Virus record (IMG/VR): IMGVR_UViG_3300042731_007874
Direction: 5' to 3' (one strand)
DNA: 64,000 nucleotides
Source: a virus
Shown: positions 1-10,458 of the stretch, one piece after another
How the letters are laid out: every line of letters begins with the position of its first letter
Position numbering within the stretch: position 1 is the stretch's first letter
Made by a program: the position numbers and the translations under genes
Notes under the pieces: generated by a model
Databases searched by the model: none
What the model saw: the letters and a program-made list of their open reading frames with translations, nothing else
What the model was told of the DNA's origin: nothing

Positions 1-3000
1 TCTTCGTTAACAGATCGAAAAAATTTAGAAAGTCTTCTGCAACGTCATATATTTAATGAACTTCAATCTGTTCGTCGTTTTATGAAAGACTGCTTTCTAG
101 GAGGAGCTTATCTGTCAAAGAACCTCCCTAGAATATTAGAGAACAGAGCTGTTACTGTTAATAACTTTACTCCTGAATTTAACTGGATGGGACACTTTGC
201 CAACATGTTTGGCGAAGGCGCTTTTGCATGGGATCCAATCTTTTACAGAGAAGATCCTTCTATTGATAGCAATGCAGGAGTTTTATCTTGGAAAAACTTA
301 ATTCAATCAACTTTAGGAGGAGGATCTCCTGAAGAGCAACGACTTAATTTTATAGACAACCTCGTTTCCTTAAGTGGTTATCTAAAAACAGATCGTCATT
401 GGGAAACTCCTTATACTGATAACGATAAACAATCTATAGTTGAATCATTATATGGAGAAGCCTGGGATCGTATTACCTTTGGGCCAAACCCCCGCTATGC
501 AAGTGTAGATACTATCTGGGACGGAAAACCAATTGATTCAAACACCTTAGCCGGTAGAGAAGCAGCCTTAGAAGACAAAGCAAAACGAGAAGCCAAGGCC
601 AAAGACAAACAAATTGAATTACCCGGCCATAAGACAGTTACAAACAAAGGTGCAGTTACTGTTGGATCTCTTGAAGCCGAAGAACAATCCTTTGGAGACC
701 AGTTTTTAAGTAATGTAGAAAATGCATTTACCGTAGAGAATCTAGTTGATAAAGCTTTGGGATCACTAGGGATTTTAGGTACTGTTATTTCTACTGTTGG
801 AGATACTCTTTCTCAATTTGAAAAAGCTGGATATAGAAGTGTAGCTAATGCTCAGTACTTAGCTGCCTTAAAACACCCAATCGCAGATTCAGTAACAGAA
901 GAAAACACACCAGAGACTTTGGCTAAAATGACTTCTGGAATTGCTTTAGGTACTAAGCGAAACGACTTAAGCTTTCGAAGAGCTTTTCCAACTCTTAAGG
1001 TTCTTTTTATAGAAGACGACTCTGTGGACACGAAAATCTCAGGAGGAAAAGTTGTTAGGGCTTTTGATGATTTCTATTCGTATTCTGCGATTCAAGAAAT
1101 AAGAGTCACTAGAAGCCGAAAAATGGCTTCAGATTTAGCCGTCCTTCGAATGACAAATATCGGAGGAAAACTTTTACGACATCGATTTGGAGAAGAAGAA
1201 TACAAAAAACCAACAGCAGCTTCTTCTGAAAGACAAGGTATTTTTGCAGATACTGAAAGAGAGAATCCGTTTGAGAGAATGATTCTACAAGATGGAGTAA
1301 AAGTTCAAATTCGTCTTGGATATTCAGGATCGGCAAAACAGCTAGAGACTGTTTTTCTTGGGCAAATAGTAGAAACTCAACTAGCAGAAGATGGGAAAAT
1401 CCTAGAGATTATGATTCAGGGATATGGGGCAGAACTAGAATCTATTGAGCTAGGTCCTCTAGAAGATGGTCCAGTCTTTTATTCTTCTCAGCAAGTTTTG
1501 TCTGGAGCTATAATTCAAGACTCAATCGCAAACTTTGGGAGACAAGACAGATCTAATCGATTTAATCCTGCAGAAATTAGAAATGCTTGGACTGGAGGGC
1601 AGGGCGTTGGCTCTATTGGTTCTTTTACTGGGCTGATTTCTAGCTGGGCCGACAACAAAATGGACAAGTTGTTGGCTAAATATACTTTTCTGAATTATCC
1701 GCAAGACGATAATATCTTTGCTCCTCCTCCTCAGTTGTATACTTCAGAATGGGATCGGTTTTGGAATAATGCTTGTATCTATCGGCCGCTGAAACAAACA
1801 CCTTGGCAAATCTTTAAAGAGCACGAACTGAGACATCCTGGTTATGTTTCTTTGGCTGTTCCTTATGGACATGAGCCTAGAATGACTATGTTCTTTGGGG
1901 CGAAAGGACAACATTACTGGGCGAGGCCGCCTAGTGCTTTAGAAGTTTATCTGTCAGAAAACGCGACTAATGAGATTATTAAATTAAGGAAGATGGGTCC
2001 TGAGAATGATCTTACCTTAAATGTGCAGCAGCGATTAAGGTCTTTAAGCTCGCAATCTCCAAATATCACAAACGCAATTATAGAAGATCTATTAAGTAAT
2101 GGTTCTCCGAACGCAGTAAATCTAGAGCTTGGCAAAATGTTTGGTCGGTATGTTCCATTTAGAAACTATCATTATTTTGACAGCGAGCACCATATCTTAA
2201 AAAACAACATAAGAACCTCAGTTGATGGTACGTATAATGAAGTAGAGTTATTGTTCTTCGAAGACGAGGATAAACTTCAAGATGCAGATGCTGAAGACCT
2301 GTCTCAGTCTATTGCCGAAATGCGAAGAGAAGAAGACGGCATGCTGTCTGTTAAGCTTGATGAGAATATCCCTGAATCTGCATTAAGATCCTATAGAGAT
2401 GAGTTTCCTTCTTGTGTAACTGTTGAAATGGCCAGAAGATACGCCCAAGGTATTTTTGCTCGATATCTTAGAGATACCTATAAGGGAGAATTAATTGTTA
2501 TTGGGAATGAAAAAATTAAGCCTTATGATGTTTGTTATTTAAAAGACAGTACTTGTGATATGAGCGGGCCTATTGAAGTTGAAGCAGTAACTCACATTTT
2601 TAATCGAGACAGTGGGTTTGTTTCTGTTATTACCCCAGACCTATGTGTTGAAGTAAACGACATGTTCTCTGTTAGTACTCTAGACTTGGCCGCAAGCGCC
2701 ATGACTTATGTATGGGCTCTGCCCCGATTGGCCATTAACGAGTCAGTTGGTTATCTTTCAGGAGCCTCTACGGGGGTTGAGTTCTTGTCAGCAACAGCAG
2801 GAATTAAATTAGCTTCATGGACTCAAGATGGAGATCCTGTTGTAATTACTCCTCTTACTTTGGGAGGCAAGCCTTTCTGCAGTACCACGTTTGGGCCAAA
2901 GAATACAACTTTGTTCCTTAACTTGTTTGGTCAATGGAAGCAATACAAAGAAGATCTGGCTAGTGCTTGGGATGATTTTGATTTTGGAGAAGCTTTCTTA

Positions 3001-3072
3001 GATACAAGATTAAGTATTAGTTCTAAACTACTGACCTTATTAGGGACAGGTGCTCAAGGTGGGGTTATATAA
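1..3072 (+). CDS. Baseplate hub / tail-tip protein (gp27/gpD-like), 5'-truncated by the window edge
   Basis: Frame is open from base 1 through the track's ATG at 82, so the true start lies upstream. Hub-like segments LETVFLGQIVET...IMIQGYGAELES and GELIVIGNEKIKPYD...VEAVTHIF...GFVSVITP. Lies upstream of gp25-like and baseplate-J genes. Confidence 0.6.
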   Translation, partial: SSLTDRKNLESLLQRHIFNELQSVRRFMKDCFLGGAYLSKNLPRILENRAVTVNNFTPEFNWMGHFANMFGEGAFAWDPIFYREDPSIDSNAGVLSWKNLIQSTLGGGSPEEQRLNFIDNLVSLSGYLKTDRHWETPYTDNDKQSIVESLYGEAWDRITFGPNPRYASVDTIWDGKPIDSNTLAGREAALEDKAKREAKAKDKQIELPGHKTVTNKGAVTVGSLEAEEQSFGDQFLSNVENAFTVENLVDKALGSLGILGTVISTVGDTLSQFEKAGYRSVANAQYLAALKHPIADSVTEENTPETLAKMTSGIALGTKRNDLSFRRAFPTLKVLFIEDDSVDTKISGGKVVRAFDDFYSYSAIQEIRVTRSRKMASDLAVLRMTNIGGKLLRHRFGEEEYKKPTAASSERQGIFADTERENPFERMILQDGVKVQIRLGYSGSAKQLETVFLGQIVETQLAEDGKILEIMIQGYGAELESIELGPLEDGPVFYSSQQVLSGAIIQDSIANFGRQDRSNRFNPAEIRNAWTGGQGVGSIGSFTGLISSWADNKMDKLLAKYTFLNYPQDDNIFAPPPQLYTSEWDRFWNNACIYRPLKQTPWQIFKEHELRHPGYVSLAVPYGHEPRMTMFFGAKGQHYWARPPSALEVYLSENATNEIIKLRKMGPENDLTLNVQQRLRSLSSQSPNITNAIIEDLLSNGSPNAVNLELGKMFGRYVPFRNYHYFDSEHHILKNNIRTSVDGTYNEVELLFFEDEDKLQDADAEDLSQSIAEMRREEDGMLSVKLDENIPESALRSYRDEFPSCVTVEMARRYAQGIFARYLRDTYKGELIVIGNEKIKPYDVCYLKDSTCDMSGPIEVEAVTHIFNRDSGFVSVITPDLCVEVNDMFSVSTLDLAASAMTYVWALPRLAINESVGYLSGASTGVEFLSATAGIKLASWTQDGDPVVITPLTLGGKPFCSTTFGPKNTTLFLNLFGQWKQYKEDLASAWDDFDFGEAFLDTRLSISSKLLTLLGTGAQGGVI

Positions 3073-3488
3073 TGCCTAGAAATCTTGGTGGAAGAACAGA
3101 GTTAGGTCGACAAATTAACAAACAATCGCAATCGATTGGCCATGTTAAAATAGATAAACTAAATATTAAAAGAGCTATTTTATATAAAAGCTACAATAAT
3201 ACTTATGTTTTCTTTATGAAACTGATAGAAGATCGTTCAATCACGCGACCAATCCCTCTATTAGGATCTGCAGATGAGTTGGCGATGAGGTATGGATCTC
3301 CGTCTGAAATGGAGAACCAATGGGAAGTCTCAATCTATTATAAAGGGAATTCTGTTAATAGAGGATATGCGCAAGTTGTCGGCAAGATAGGGAATACAAT
3401 TGGTGCTGTTATTGAGGAATCAGAACAATCTAACCAATTGAATATAAAAGGAACAGCATTCGCCCCTCCAGGTGGAGGGATGGTATAA
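3072..3488 (+). CDS. Putative baseplate protein (possible spike N-terminal OB-fold part)
   Basis: 138 aa, TAATG-coupled to the hub gene; position between hub and gp25-like gene. Function is inferred from synteny only. Confidence 0.35.
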   Translation: MPRNLGGRTELGRQINKQSQSIGHVKIDKLNIKRAILYKSYNNTYVFFMKLIEDRSITRPIPLLGSADELAMRYGSPSEMENQWEVSIYYKGNSVNRGYAQVVGKIGNTIGAVIEESEQSNQLNIKGTAFAPPGGGMV

Positions 3489-3508
3489 TAAATTAACAAA
3501 GGAGTAGC

Positions 3509-3844
3509 ATGGGTACTAAAGTAATAAAATCAGAACCAGGATCAGATGCTGGGGTCGTTGTTTCTAATACTGTTGTAAGAGCTACAGTAAAAGAAGATAA
3601 AGGAATCATGGTTGACGAGAGAGGGATTACTATCAGCGGTCCTGTAAGTTTCGTTTCTTCGACAAGTGACATTAGGTTTGGTGGGCTGTGGACCATGAAC
3701 AATCCAATTCAGATGTCTTTACCTTCCACTTATGCAACACCTACTCCTACTTTAATGATCGATCCTCCAGTCAAACAACTAAAAACAATTATGGCTGATG
3801 CTGCTGTTATGATTGCACTACTAGGAGGTCTTTCTGCTCTGTAA
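3509..3844 (+). CDS. Putative baseplate central spike (beta-strand-rich part)
   Basis: SD AAGGAG upstream; short alternating beta-strand pattern (GVVVSNTVVRATV, GIMVDERGITISGPVSFV); immediately precedes the gp25-like gene. Confidence 0.35.
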   Translation: MGTKVIKSEPGSDAGVVVSNTVVRATVKEDKGIMVDERGITISGPVSFVSSTSDIRFGGLWTMNNPIQMSLPSTYATPTPTLMIDPPVKQLKTIMADAAVMIALLGGLSAL

Positions 3845-4287
3845 TGGCACAGATATACGACAACAACGATATGTATTGGAGTGCACGAGGTGATTTTGTT
3901 ATTAATCACGATGGTGATCTTGCTGATTGCCATGGAGATCCGTTAAGATCTATTTACCAAGAGATTAGGACAAGACTAGCTTCTGATCTAGGAGAGTGGT
4001 CTCTGCATCCAGGGATAGGGGCTTCTGTTGGAGATTTTGTTGGAGAGCCAAATAATAAAGTGACGGCAGAAGCAATTAAAGTTCGAATTAGATCTGCCTT
4101 AACAAGAGACGGTCTTGTAAACAGCAGAGATCTAAAGATTCAATATGCCCCAATAGAAGAAGATCAAATTATGTTTCGGCTTTCTTTGTCTGTCGCGCCG
4201 ACATTTGCAAATGCTGGTTCTAATACTCTTGGAATGAATATTATTTACAATTATTCAGAAAATAATATTTATTGCGAAAAATTTTAA
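3844..4287 (+). CDS. Baseplate wedge subunit, gp25/gpW-like
   Basis: 147 aa; GDFVINHDGDL...IRTRL...GEW.LHP.IGA...FVGEPN...IRSAL pattern; directly upstream of the baseplate J gene. Confidence 0.75.
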   Translation: MAQIYDNNDMYWSARGDFVINHDGDLADCHGDPLRSIYQEIRTRLASDLGEWSLHPGIGASVGDFVGEPNNKVTAEAIKVRIRSALTRDGLVNSRDLKIQYAPIEEDQIMFRLSLSVAPTFANAGSNTLGMNIIYNYSENNIYCEKF

Positions 4288-4296
4288 AAGGACATT

Positions 4297-5553
4297 ATGA
4301 CATTTTTTGACAGATCTTATGAAGAGATAGTCGCAAAAAGTATAGAAAGACTTAGCGCCAATACCAATATCACTCAGCTTGCTCCCGGCGGGAAGACAAG
4401 ATTTCTGTTAGAGACCGTCGCCGAAGAACAAAGCAACCAACACCAAATCTTTGATTCTAATTTAATGCAGGTCTTTATTCGGTATGCAGATGATAAGTTT
4501 CTAGGATATTTAGGAGACATGCTTAATCTTCCTCAGAGAGAAGCTTCTCATGCAGAGAGTGATGATTCTACCTTTATGTTTTATGTGTCATCTGGAACAT
4601 TTGGAGATATTAATGGAGGCTTAGATTTTTCAATTCCTGCAGGAACTGTCGTCTCTACTGTTCCTTTAGAATCAACAGTTATTACTCCTGGAATAGAATC
4701 TCAACCTGTTATTGAATATACTACATTGAATAACGTAACCTGTCTTGCCGGTCAATCTTTTGCCTATGTCCCGATTAGAGCTGTCGTAGAAGGTTCTTCT
4801 TCTGTTGTCCCTAAAAATGTTTTGAAGCAGCATGATTTTTCAAGTTATGCTTTGGCGTCTAGAAATCTATTAAAATGCACTAATCAATATTCGATTGCTA
4901 ATGGAGAAGATAGAGAGAGCCCTGCTTCTTATCGATATCGACTGGCTAATGTTTTTAAAGCAAGAGAGCTGGCAGTTCCAGCTTCTATTCGGTTGGCCGC
5001 GTTAAGTGTGCCTGGAGTTTCGGATATTAAAGAAGTTCTTTGTGAGCAAGGAACTGGATCTTATTCTATTTACGTCAAAAGCACAACACCTACAACAAGT
5101 AATCGGTTAATTAACGAAGTTATGGGAGTTTGTTATTCGGTTACTGCTTACGGTATCCGGCCTTATATTTTGGCTCCTGAACCAATTGGGTTAGAGTTTG
5201 TATGTGCGGTAAACTGGAAGACTTCTGCAACTACAGAGCAAATTGCAAATGATTATAAAAACATGAGAAATGCCTTAGAAGAAAGATTAAATACGACTGA
5301 AATTGGAGAAGAAATAATTCTTAAAGACCTAATAGACTTGTTGTTATCTTCTGCTCGTTGGGCTGTTAGTATTGGGGCTGAGAGGGCAAATAGCTTTGAA
5401 GAAGTATATGCGTACAGAACAGATCCTGCTTCTGATGGAACAACAAGAACGTTGGTTTACGGAGATAAAGTAACTCCATTATACAATGAGAGAGTAATTT
5501 TAGAAACCTCTGGTAGACACAGAGGGATTCAATTTTTAACTAGGCAAGTATGA
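4297..5553 (+). CDS. Baseplate J-like wedge protein (gp6/gpJ family)
   Basis: YADDKFLGYLGDMLNLPQREA, IPAGTVVST, NGEDRESPASYRYR, RLAALSVPGVSD are typical baseplate-J motifs. Confidence 0.85.
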   Translation: MTFFDRSYEEIVAKSIERLSANTNITQLAPGGKTRFLLETVAEEQSNQHQIFDSNLMQVFIRYADDKFLGYLGDMLNLPQREASHAESDDSTFMFYVSSGTFGDINGGLDFSIPAGTVVSTVPLESTVITPGIESQPVIEYTTLNNVTCLAGQSFAYVPIRAVVEGSSSVVPKNVLKQHDFSSYALASRNLLKCTNQYSIANGEDRESPASYRYRLANVFKARELAVPASIRLAALSVPGVSDIKEVLCEQGTGSYSIYVKSTTPTTSNRLINEVMGVCYSVTAYGIRPYILAPEPIGLEFVCAVNWKTSATTEQIANDYKNMRNALEERLNTTEIGEEIILKDLIDLLLSSARWAVSIGAERANSFEEVYAYRTDPASDGTTRTLVYGDKVTPLYNERVILETSGRHRGIQFLTRQV

Positions 5554-7193
5554 CTCAATTAGGAAGCTACCCCTCTAGTCGATATGGCAAATCTTGGGTA
5601 ACCCAAAGATTAGTTAATAGAGCCCCAAGTTGGGCTCACTTAAGAATGAATACAATGTCTTTGGGTCAACAGCTATTGAATCCCATTGGGCTAGAGATAC
5701 AAGAAACCTTACAGCAGCTTGCTCAAGCAAGATATAACTCCTTCTTGTCTACAGCAAATGTTGCATTATTAGACCATCTATATAAGATAGAATTGACGAC
5801 AGGGATGACCTTTCAGTCTACAGAAGACTCTTCTGGAGTAAAGACTTATTCTCCTCCAAGAGTATACGCTACGATTAATTCAACAGAATATGAACTCACT
5901 CAAGCAGAGAAGAATAACATAGAGACTTTGGCCTACGACAATCTTCCATCAAGGATTGAATACTCTGATATAACTTATCTCTATTCAGCCGTAATTGACG
6001 AAGTATCTGTTTCTGGGTTAAGTGCCGTTACTCCTGGAGATCTCCCATTCTCTTCCCATTTATATATAACGCTCAAGAATAATACTGTATGGGAGACAAG
6101 GACAACCAGCAAAATATATTATCCGAAGTGTTACATTACTGGTCTTACAAGAAAAGGTACAGAAGAAACAGAAGCAGTCCCTTTAAGATATAACGGAACT
6201 TTTAAAACCATAAACGAATGGCAGGAAGTATCTTCTGTTTTTGTGTCTTATCTAGATCCTACAGCAACAATTGCAATTGATATATTTCCGTTTAACAGGG
6301 AATCTTACTTAGATTTACGTAATATTTGTGTTCCTAATAATGCTTCGGAAAAGATTCAGTTTACTAGATTAAATGATAGAATCTGGGGTTCTAGCTTTGT
6401 AATAGAATCTTTTACTGCTAGTGATATGGATATCATAAGAGCTGCTAATCTAACCGAGAAAGAGATTCTTTATGAATTAGAGTTATTGGACAATCTTGAT
6501 AATAATGTTACTTTAGTAGATTTTATTCATCGACCAAATAGTAGATTCATTTATGCCATTAGTAATGATACTTTTTATGTTTACGATACTTCTCTTTTGT
6601 ATCCAAGTGGTGTTAATTTAAACGAAGAGAGTCCTGAAACAAAAATCAATTTAGTTTCTGATCAATGGGTTGTGGCTCGGGATGAAGAGGTAACTATCAA
6701 AACTCAAAACAGAGATTTAGCAAATCCTCCATATAGAGTGAGATGGACCATATTGACACCAGGTGGGACAGAATATTATATGGGCCTTGATGGCAGTCTT
6801 TGGTCTACAACTACAGACGCTTGGATAGATAATGATTCTTGGAGTGAGGGTAGATTTACAGATCAGCAAATTGATTTTACATTATCAGAAAACGGAAACT
6901 ATATAGTTACTTTAGAAGCTGACTATATTGACGAATCAACAAAAGAGACAACAACTTTAAAGACTAAGTTTTTGTTTACCTGTCCCGCCATAAACCCAGA
7001 AGTGCAATTTGATCTTCCTTTAGAAATGACTGGAGCTACTAATATTGGGATAGATTCAGATCAGAACATTTGGGTTCTAAACTATAATGGGATTCATAAA
7101 CTAGATTTGTTTTTTGATTATTTTCTGGTTGATTATGAGAATAATCGGATTTGGCTTAAAGAAGAATATTCTTCTGTTAGGGTGACAACTTAA
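5550..7193 (+). CDS. Baseplate/structural protein
   Basis: 547 aa ORF, ATGA-coupled to baseplate J; context only. Confidence 0.5.
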   Translation: MTQLGSYPSSRYGKSWVTQRLVNRAPSWAHLRMNTMSLGQQLLNPIGLEIQETLQQLAQARYNSFLSTANVALLDHLYKIELTTGMTFQSTEDSSGVKTYSPPRVYATINSTEYELTQAEKNNIETLAYDNLPSRIEYSDITYLYSAVIDEVSVSGLSAVTPGDLPFSSHLYITLKNNTVWETRTTSKIYYPKCYITGLTRKGTEETEAVPLRYNGTFKTINEWQEVSSVFVSYLDPTATIAIDIFPFNRESYLDLRNICVPNNASEKIQFTRLNDRIWGSSFVIESFTASDMDIIRAANLTEKEILYELELLDNLDNNVTLVDFIHRPNSRFIYAISNDTFYVYDTSLLYPSGVNLNEESPETKINLVSDQWVVARDEEVTIKTQNRDLANPPYRVRWTILTPGGTEYYMGLDGSLWSTTTDAWIDNDSWSEGRFTDQQIDFTLSENGNYIVTLEADYIDESTKETTTLKTKFLFTCPAINPEVQFDLPLEMTGATNIGIDSDQNIWVLNYNGIHKLDLFFDYFLVDYENNRIWLKEEYSSVRVTT

Positions 7194-8137
7194 TGGCTGC
7201 TAAAATACAAGGTTTTACGTTTTACATAGATCTTCCAGAAGAAGTTACTGGGGTTCCAGAACGTGTTCAGATTGCAAATGAATTCGATTTTATATCTGAT
7301 CTTCTTTCTTTGCCTCGACTAGAAGAAGAAACAAATCAAGAGTTTAAGCAACGAATGATGGATGTTAGGGTTCATCAAGGAAGTCCTCTCTACGATGGGG
7401 TTGTAAATAATATTTCACGAGCTTTTGGATACAGTCGACAAAGAGCATTGTCCGTAGATTTAAAAACCGCTAGTAACGGAACGCTTGTGGCGACAAGCCC
7501 TCGTGTTGATATCTTAGCAAACAAATTTGTTTTATATTCTGATTGGCGACCTGATGGAACAGAAGTAATTGATAAAGAAATATACTTTTACAATCCCACT
7601 GATGAGGGTTATTTTGTTTCAGATCTTGTCTCTGAGATTAATGATTCTTCTTGTTTCTCTGCTGCTTTATATTCTGGCGTTCGTCCAAATCTACATACTA
7701 CTAGTTTAGTTAGAGGATCTTCTGATAATTTAATTAGAGGAGATGTCGCCACAGCAAGTTTAAAAATTGATTTAGCTGCTACCTACATTACAAGAGGCAG
7801 TCTTTTGTTTCATGAAAATGAAATATTTCAGACAGAGGTTTCTTCTTCTGCTTCTGCTGCAGGGGAATATTACGTAGACTATGAGAATGGAATAATTTAT
7901 CCATATTCTGTGCCTAATGGAGAATTCGAGATCTCTTATCACTTTGGTGCTTTTCCATTAGTAGTAGACTATAGTCTTATAAAAGCATATACTTTACAAG
8001 ATGATAATTTTATTCGTGAATTATACAATCACGAAACTTCTGCTGCAGGAACTGAAGTAAATACGTTGCCAAACGAAGAGGGTGCAGAAATCATACATCA
8101 ATTATTTATGGAAACAAGATATCTTTGGGGAGAATAG
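7193..8137 (+). CDS. Baseplate wedge protein (gpI-like N-terminus)
   Basis: LSLPRLEEETNQEFKQR resembles the gpI/gp7 'RxxxEtDexyRxR' motif; contains a YYVDYENGIIY beta module. Confidence 0.55.
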   Translation: MAAKIQGFTFYIDLPEEVTGVPERVQIANEFDFISDLLSLPRLEEETNQEFKQRMMDVRVHQGSPLYDGVVNNISRAFGYSRQRALSVDLKTASNGTLVATSPRVDILANKFVLYSDWRPDGTEVIDKEIYFYNPTDEGYFVSDLVSEINDSSCFSAALYSGVRPNLHTTSLVRGSSDNLIRGDVATASLKIDLAATYITRGSLLFHENEIFQTEVSSSASAAGEYYVDYENGIIYPYSVPNGEFEISYHFGAFPLVVDYSLIKAYTLQDDNFIRELYNHETSAAGTEVNTLPNEEGAEIIHQLFMETRYLWGE

Positions 8138-8140
8138 TTA

Positions 8141-10456
8141 GTGGCTCTTAGTAAAACCAGTTTTAACCTTCGTACAAAAATTATTGTAACTGAAGAACAA
8201 TCAACAAAACCATATGTGGGGTTTGAGCATCTTGAAACAAAACCCGATGGATGGCTTTGGGATGTTAAGAGATGGGGATCTCCTTTTGATATTAAACTGC
8301 CCACGTTACCTAGATTACTAGATGTCTCGACTCAAGGAGTTAATGAATCAGTTTATTTTCGGCCCGGAGTTGGAAGTGTTTCTCTTAAAGATTTGTTAAT
8401 TTATCGAATTTGGGATACTTTTTACCAAGACTTCAATATGTGGGTTCCAATAGTAAAAGCCGGAAATTATTTCCGGTATAAAACTCCATTTTATTACTAT
8501 AGTGATAATAGCAGAGTCCAACATATCGACCCGACTGAAAACAGAGATGGTCGTAATTATATAGAACTAGATGCGACCCCTAAATTTGACAACTCTATCT
8601 TGGCTGCAAGTTTTTCAAGAGATCCGGATACAAAAGCAATTACCTATAAACATAAATTTAATCAGTGTTATAAATTTACAGGTCTTTACTCTGATGGAGA
8701 AGAACTAGAAACTGTTTCTGATGCTGGCAAAATAACTTGGGAGAATGTCGATACTACAAAGAAAGAGTTCATTGTCGATCAAACCATTGACGGACTAACT
8801 AGGTTGTTTTTTAACCGTAGCTATACCACACAAGTGGGGGTTGTTGTTTCTGATTATGAAGACTTGGCTTCCTGTGAATTTCTAGGTGTTTCAACAGGCC
8901 AAGGACATGAATTACTATACGACGAAGAGACAACTTTATATACTCAAACATATCCTTGTAGTAGCTTCCCAATCTTAAACAACGGTTCGTTTCATATGTA
9001 CGTTAGCGATAATTCTTCTTACTCAGAGTGGACGAGAGTTGATTCGTGGTGGGATATGATCAACTCTTCTAACGAAAGGCTTTATTATGTTGATTTTGAT
9101 CTAGGATATGTATGTGTCGGCTCAAACGATCCAACGCATTTACCGGCAGCAGGTAGAAATATTTCGGTAACTTATCAGAATACTTTAAGAATTGAATATG
9201 AAGAAGAAGATACTATAGATGAAATTCAAGCTGTTAATGCTAATGTAAATCCAATAACACAATCACTGAATCAAGGTTTTGTTTGTATTACTCATGAGAA
9301 TTTAGAAGCAGCAAAGATATCACTAAGGATAAATAAGTCAAAAATATTAAATACATCACCAAGAGAATATGGTCCGATTGTAATTGGATCAGATTATGCT
9401 ATTCTGACCGCGACAGTTACAAACATAACCGACCTCCCACTGGCGCAGATTCCGGTTACTTTTACCATGACCCCAATAGGAGTTGGTAGCATTAACGGAA
9501 GCTTTGAGGCTTTTGGTATTACCAATAGTAGAGGGGAAGCCTACGCCAACTACCAACCTCCTGTAAGCGCAGAAGAATTAGGATATTATTCTACCATCGT
9601 TAGAGATTCAACTAGTCCTTATTATCCGGCCCCCACATATAAAGAATTAGTTATATCTGTTTACCAACCAGGTTTACAAAACCAAGAAGAAAATCTTTAT
9701 CTGTATCAGATTCTAAAAGACGATATTATTTTAGGTTATAAAACAGTAGAAGATTATCTACTGTCTTTATATCAAGAAGACACTCCTAATTGGGTTGTTG
9801 ACGCCACGACATATGCTGAGTGGAAACAAGAGATGATTCTAAAATACGACCTTAAAGATTTTACAGAGCCCACTGCTCAAAACAAACCAATTGCAGGAAG
9901 AAAAGTTATTACTTATCAGATTAGTGGGGTAGATAACGAAGATCCGTATGCTATTCATCCAGTTACTGGAGAACTTGGTGCAGTTGTTCCTGTAAGACCA
10001 GATGTTATAGAACAAATACAAGGACTAGGAGACGGAACAGATGGATTATGGAGAGTAATTTATCCTGCAGGAGCATTACCTGATTGCGGGCCTGCTGAAG
10101 ATGTGGGTGGCTATTGGGCTGTTGCAAGCAAAACAGTGACATTTCAAGCTCACTGTTGGTCTCCTTATTATAATCGGGAGATCTATAGCAATAAAATTAC
10201 AGCAAGAATAACATTACCTCCGTATATGCTAGGAGAATATATTAATTCACTTGGACAAAAAGTTCCGTTTGGCTGGAAATTACCAACTGATACCGACGAC
10301 GTTGCTGCTGGATTAGATGGGGCTACTTTTATTACAGTTAATCCGTTTTCTGGTCCTTATGCTATCATTGATCTTGTAAATGGAGAAGATAGCGACGAGT
10401 GGGCTGACGCCCCATTTAGAACTATCGGGTTCCAGTTTTACATAGAGGAGTCATAA
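8141..10456 (+). CDS. Large virion structural protein with an Ig-like (Big_1-like) domain
   Basis: GTG start; AILTATVTNITDLPLAQIPVTF...GITNSRGEAYANY matches the invasin-type Ig fold pattern; YYVDFDLGYVCVG module. Confidence 0.55.
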   Translation: MALSKTSFNLRTKIIVTEEQSTKPYVGFEHLETKPDGWLWDVKRWGSPFDIKLPTLPRLLDVSTQGVNESVYFRPGVGSVSLKDLLIYRIWDTFYQDFNMWVPIVKAGNYFRYKTPFYYYSDNSRVQHIDPTENRDGRNYIELDATPKFDNSILAASFSRDPDTKAITYKHKFNQCYKFTGLYSDGEELETVSDAGKITWENVDTTKKEFIVDQTIDGLTRLFFNRSYTTQVGVVVSDYEDLASCEFLGVSTGQGHELLYDEETTLYTQTYPCSSFPILNNGSFHMYVSDNSSYSEWTRVDSWWDMINSSNERLYYVDFDLGYVCVGSNDPTHLPAAGRNISVTYQNTLRIEYEEEDTIDEIQAVNANVNPITQSLNQGFVCITHENLEAAKISLRINKSKILNTSPREYGPIVIGSDYAILTATVTNITDLPLAQIPVTFTMTPIGVGSINGSFEAFGITNSRGEAYANYQPPVSAEELGYYSTIVRDSTSPYYPAPTYKELVISVYQPGLQNQEENLYLYQILKDDIILGYKTVEDYLLSLYQEDTPNWVVDATTYAEWKQEMILKYDLKDFTEPTAQNKPIAGRKVITYQISGVDNEDPYAIHPVTGELGAVVPVRPDVIEQIQGLGDGTDGLWRVIYPAGALPDCGPAEDVGGYWAVASKTVTFQAHCWSPYYNREIYSNKITARITLPPYMLGEYINSLGQKVPFGWKLPTDTDDVAAGLDGATFITVNPFSGPYAIIDLVNGEDSDEWADAPFRTIGFQFYIEES

Positions 10457-10458
10457 AT

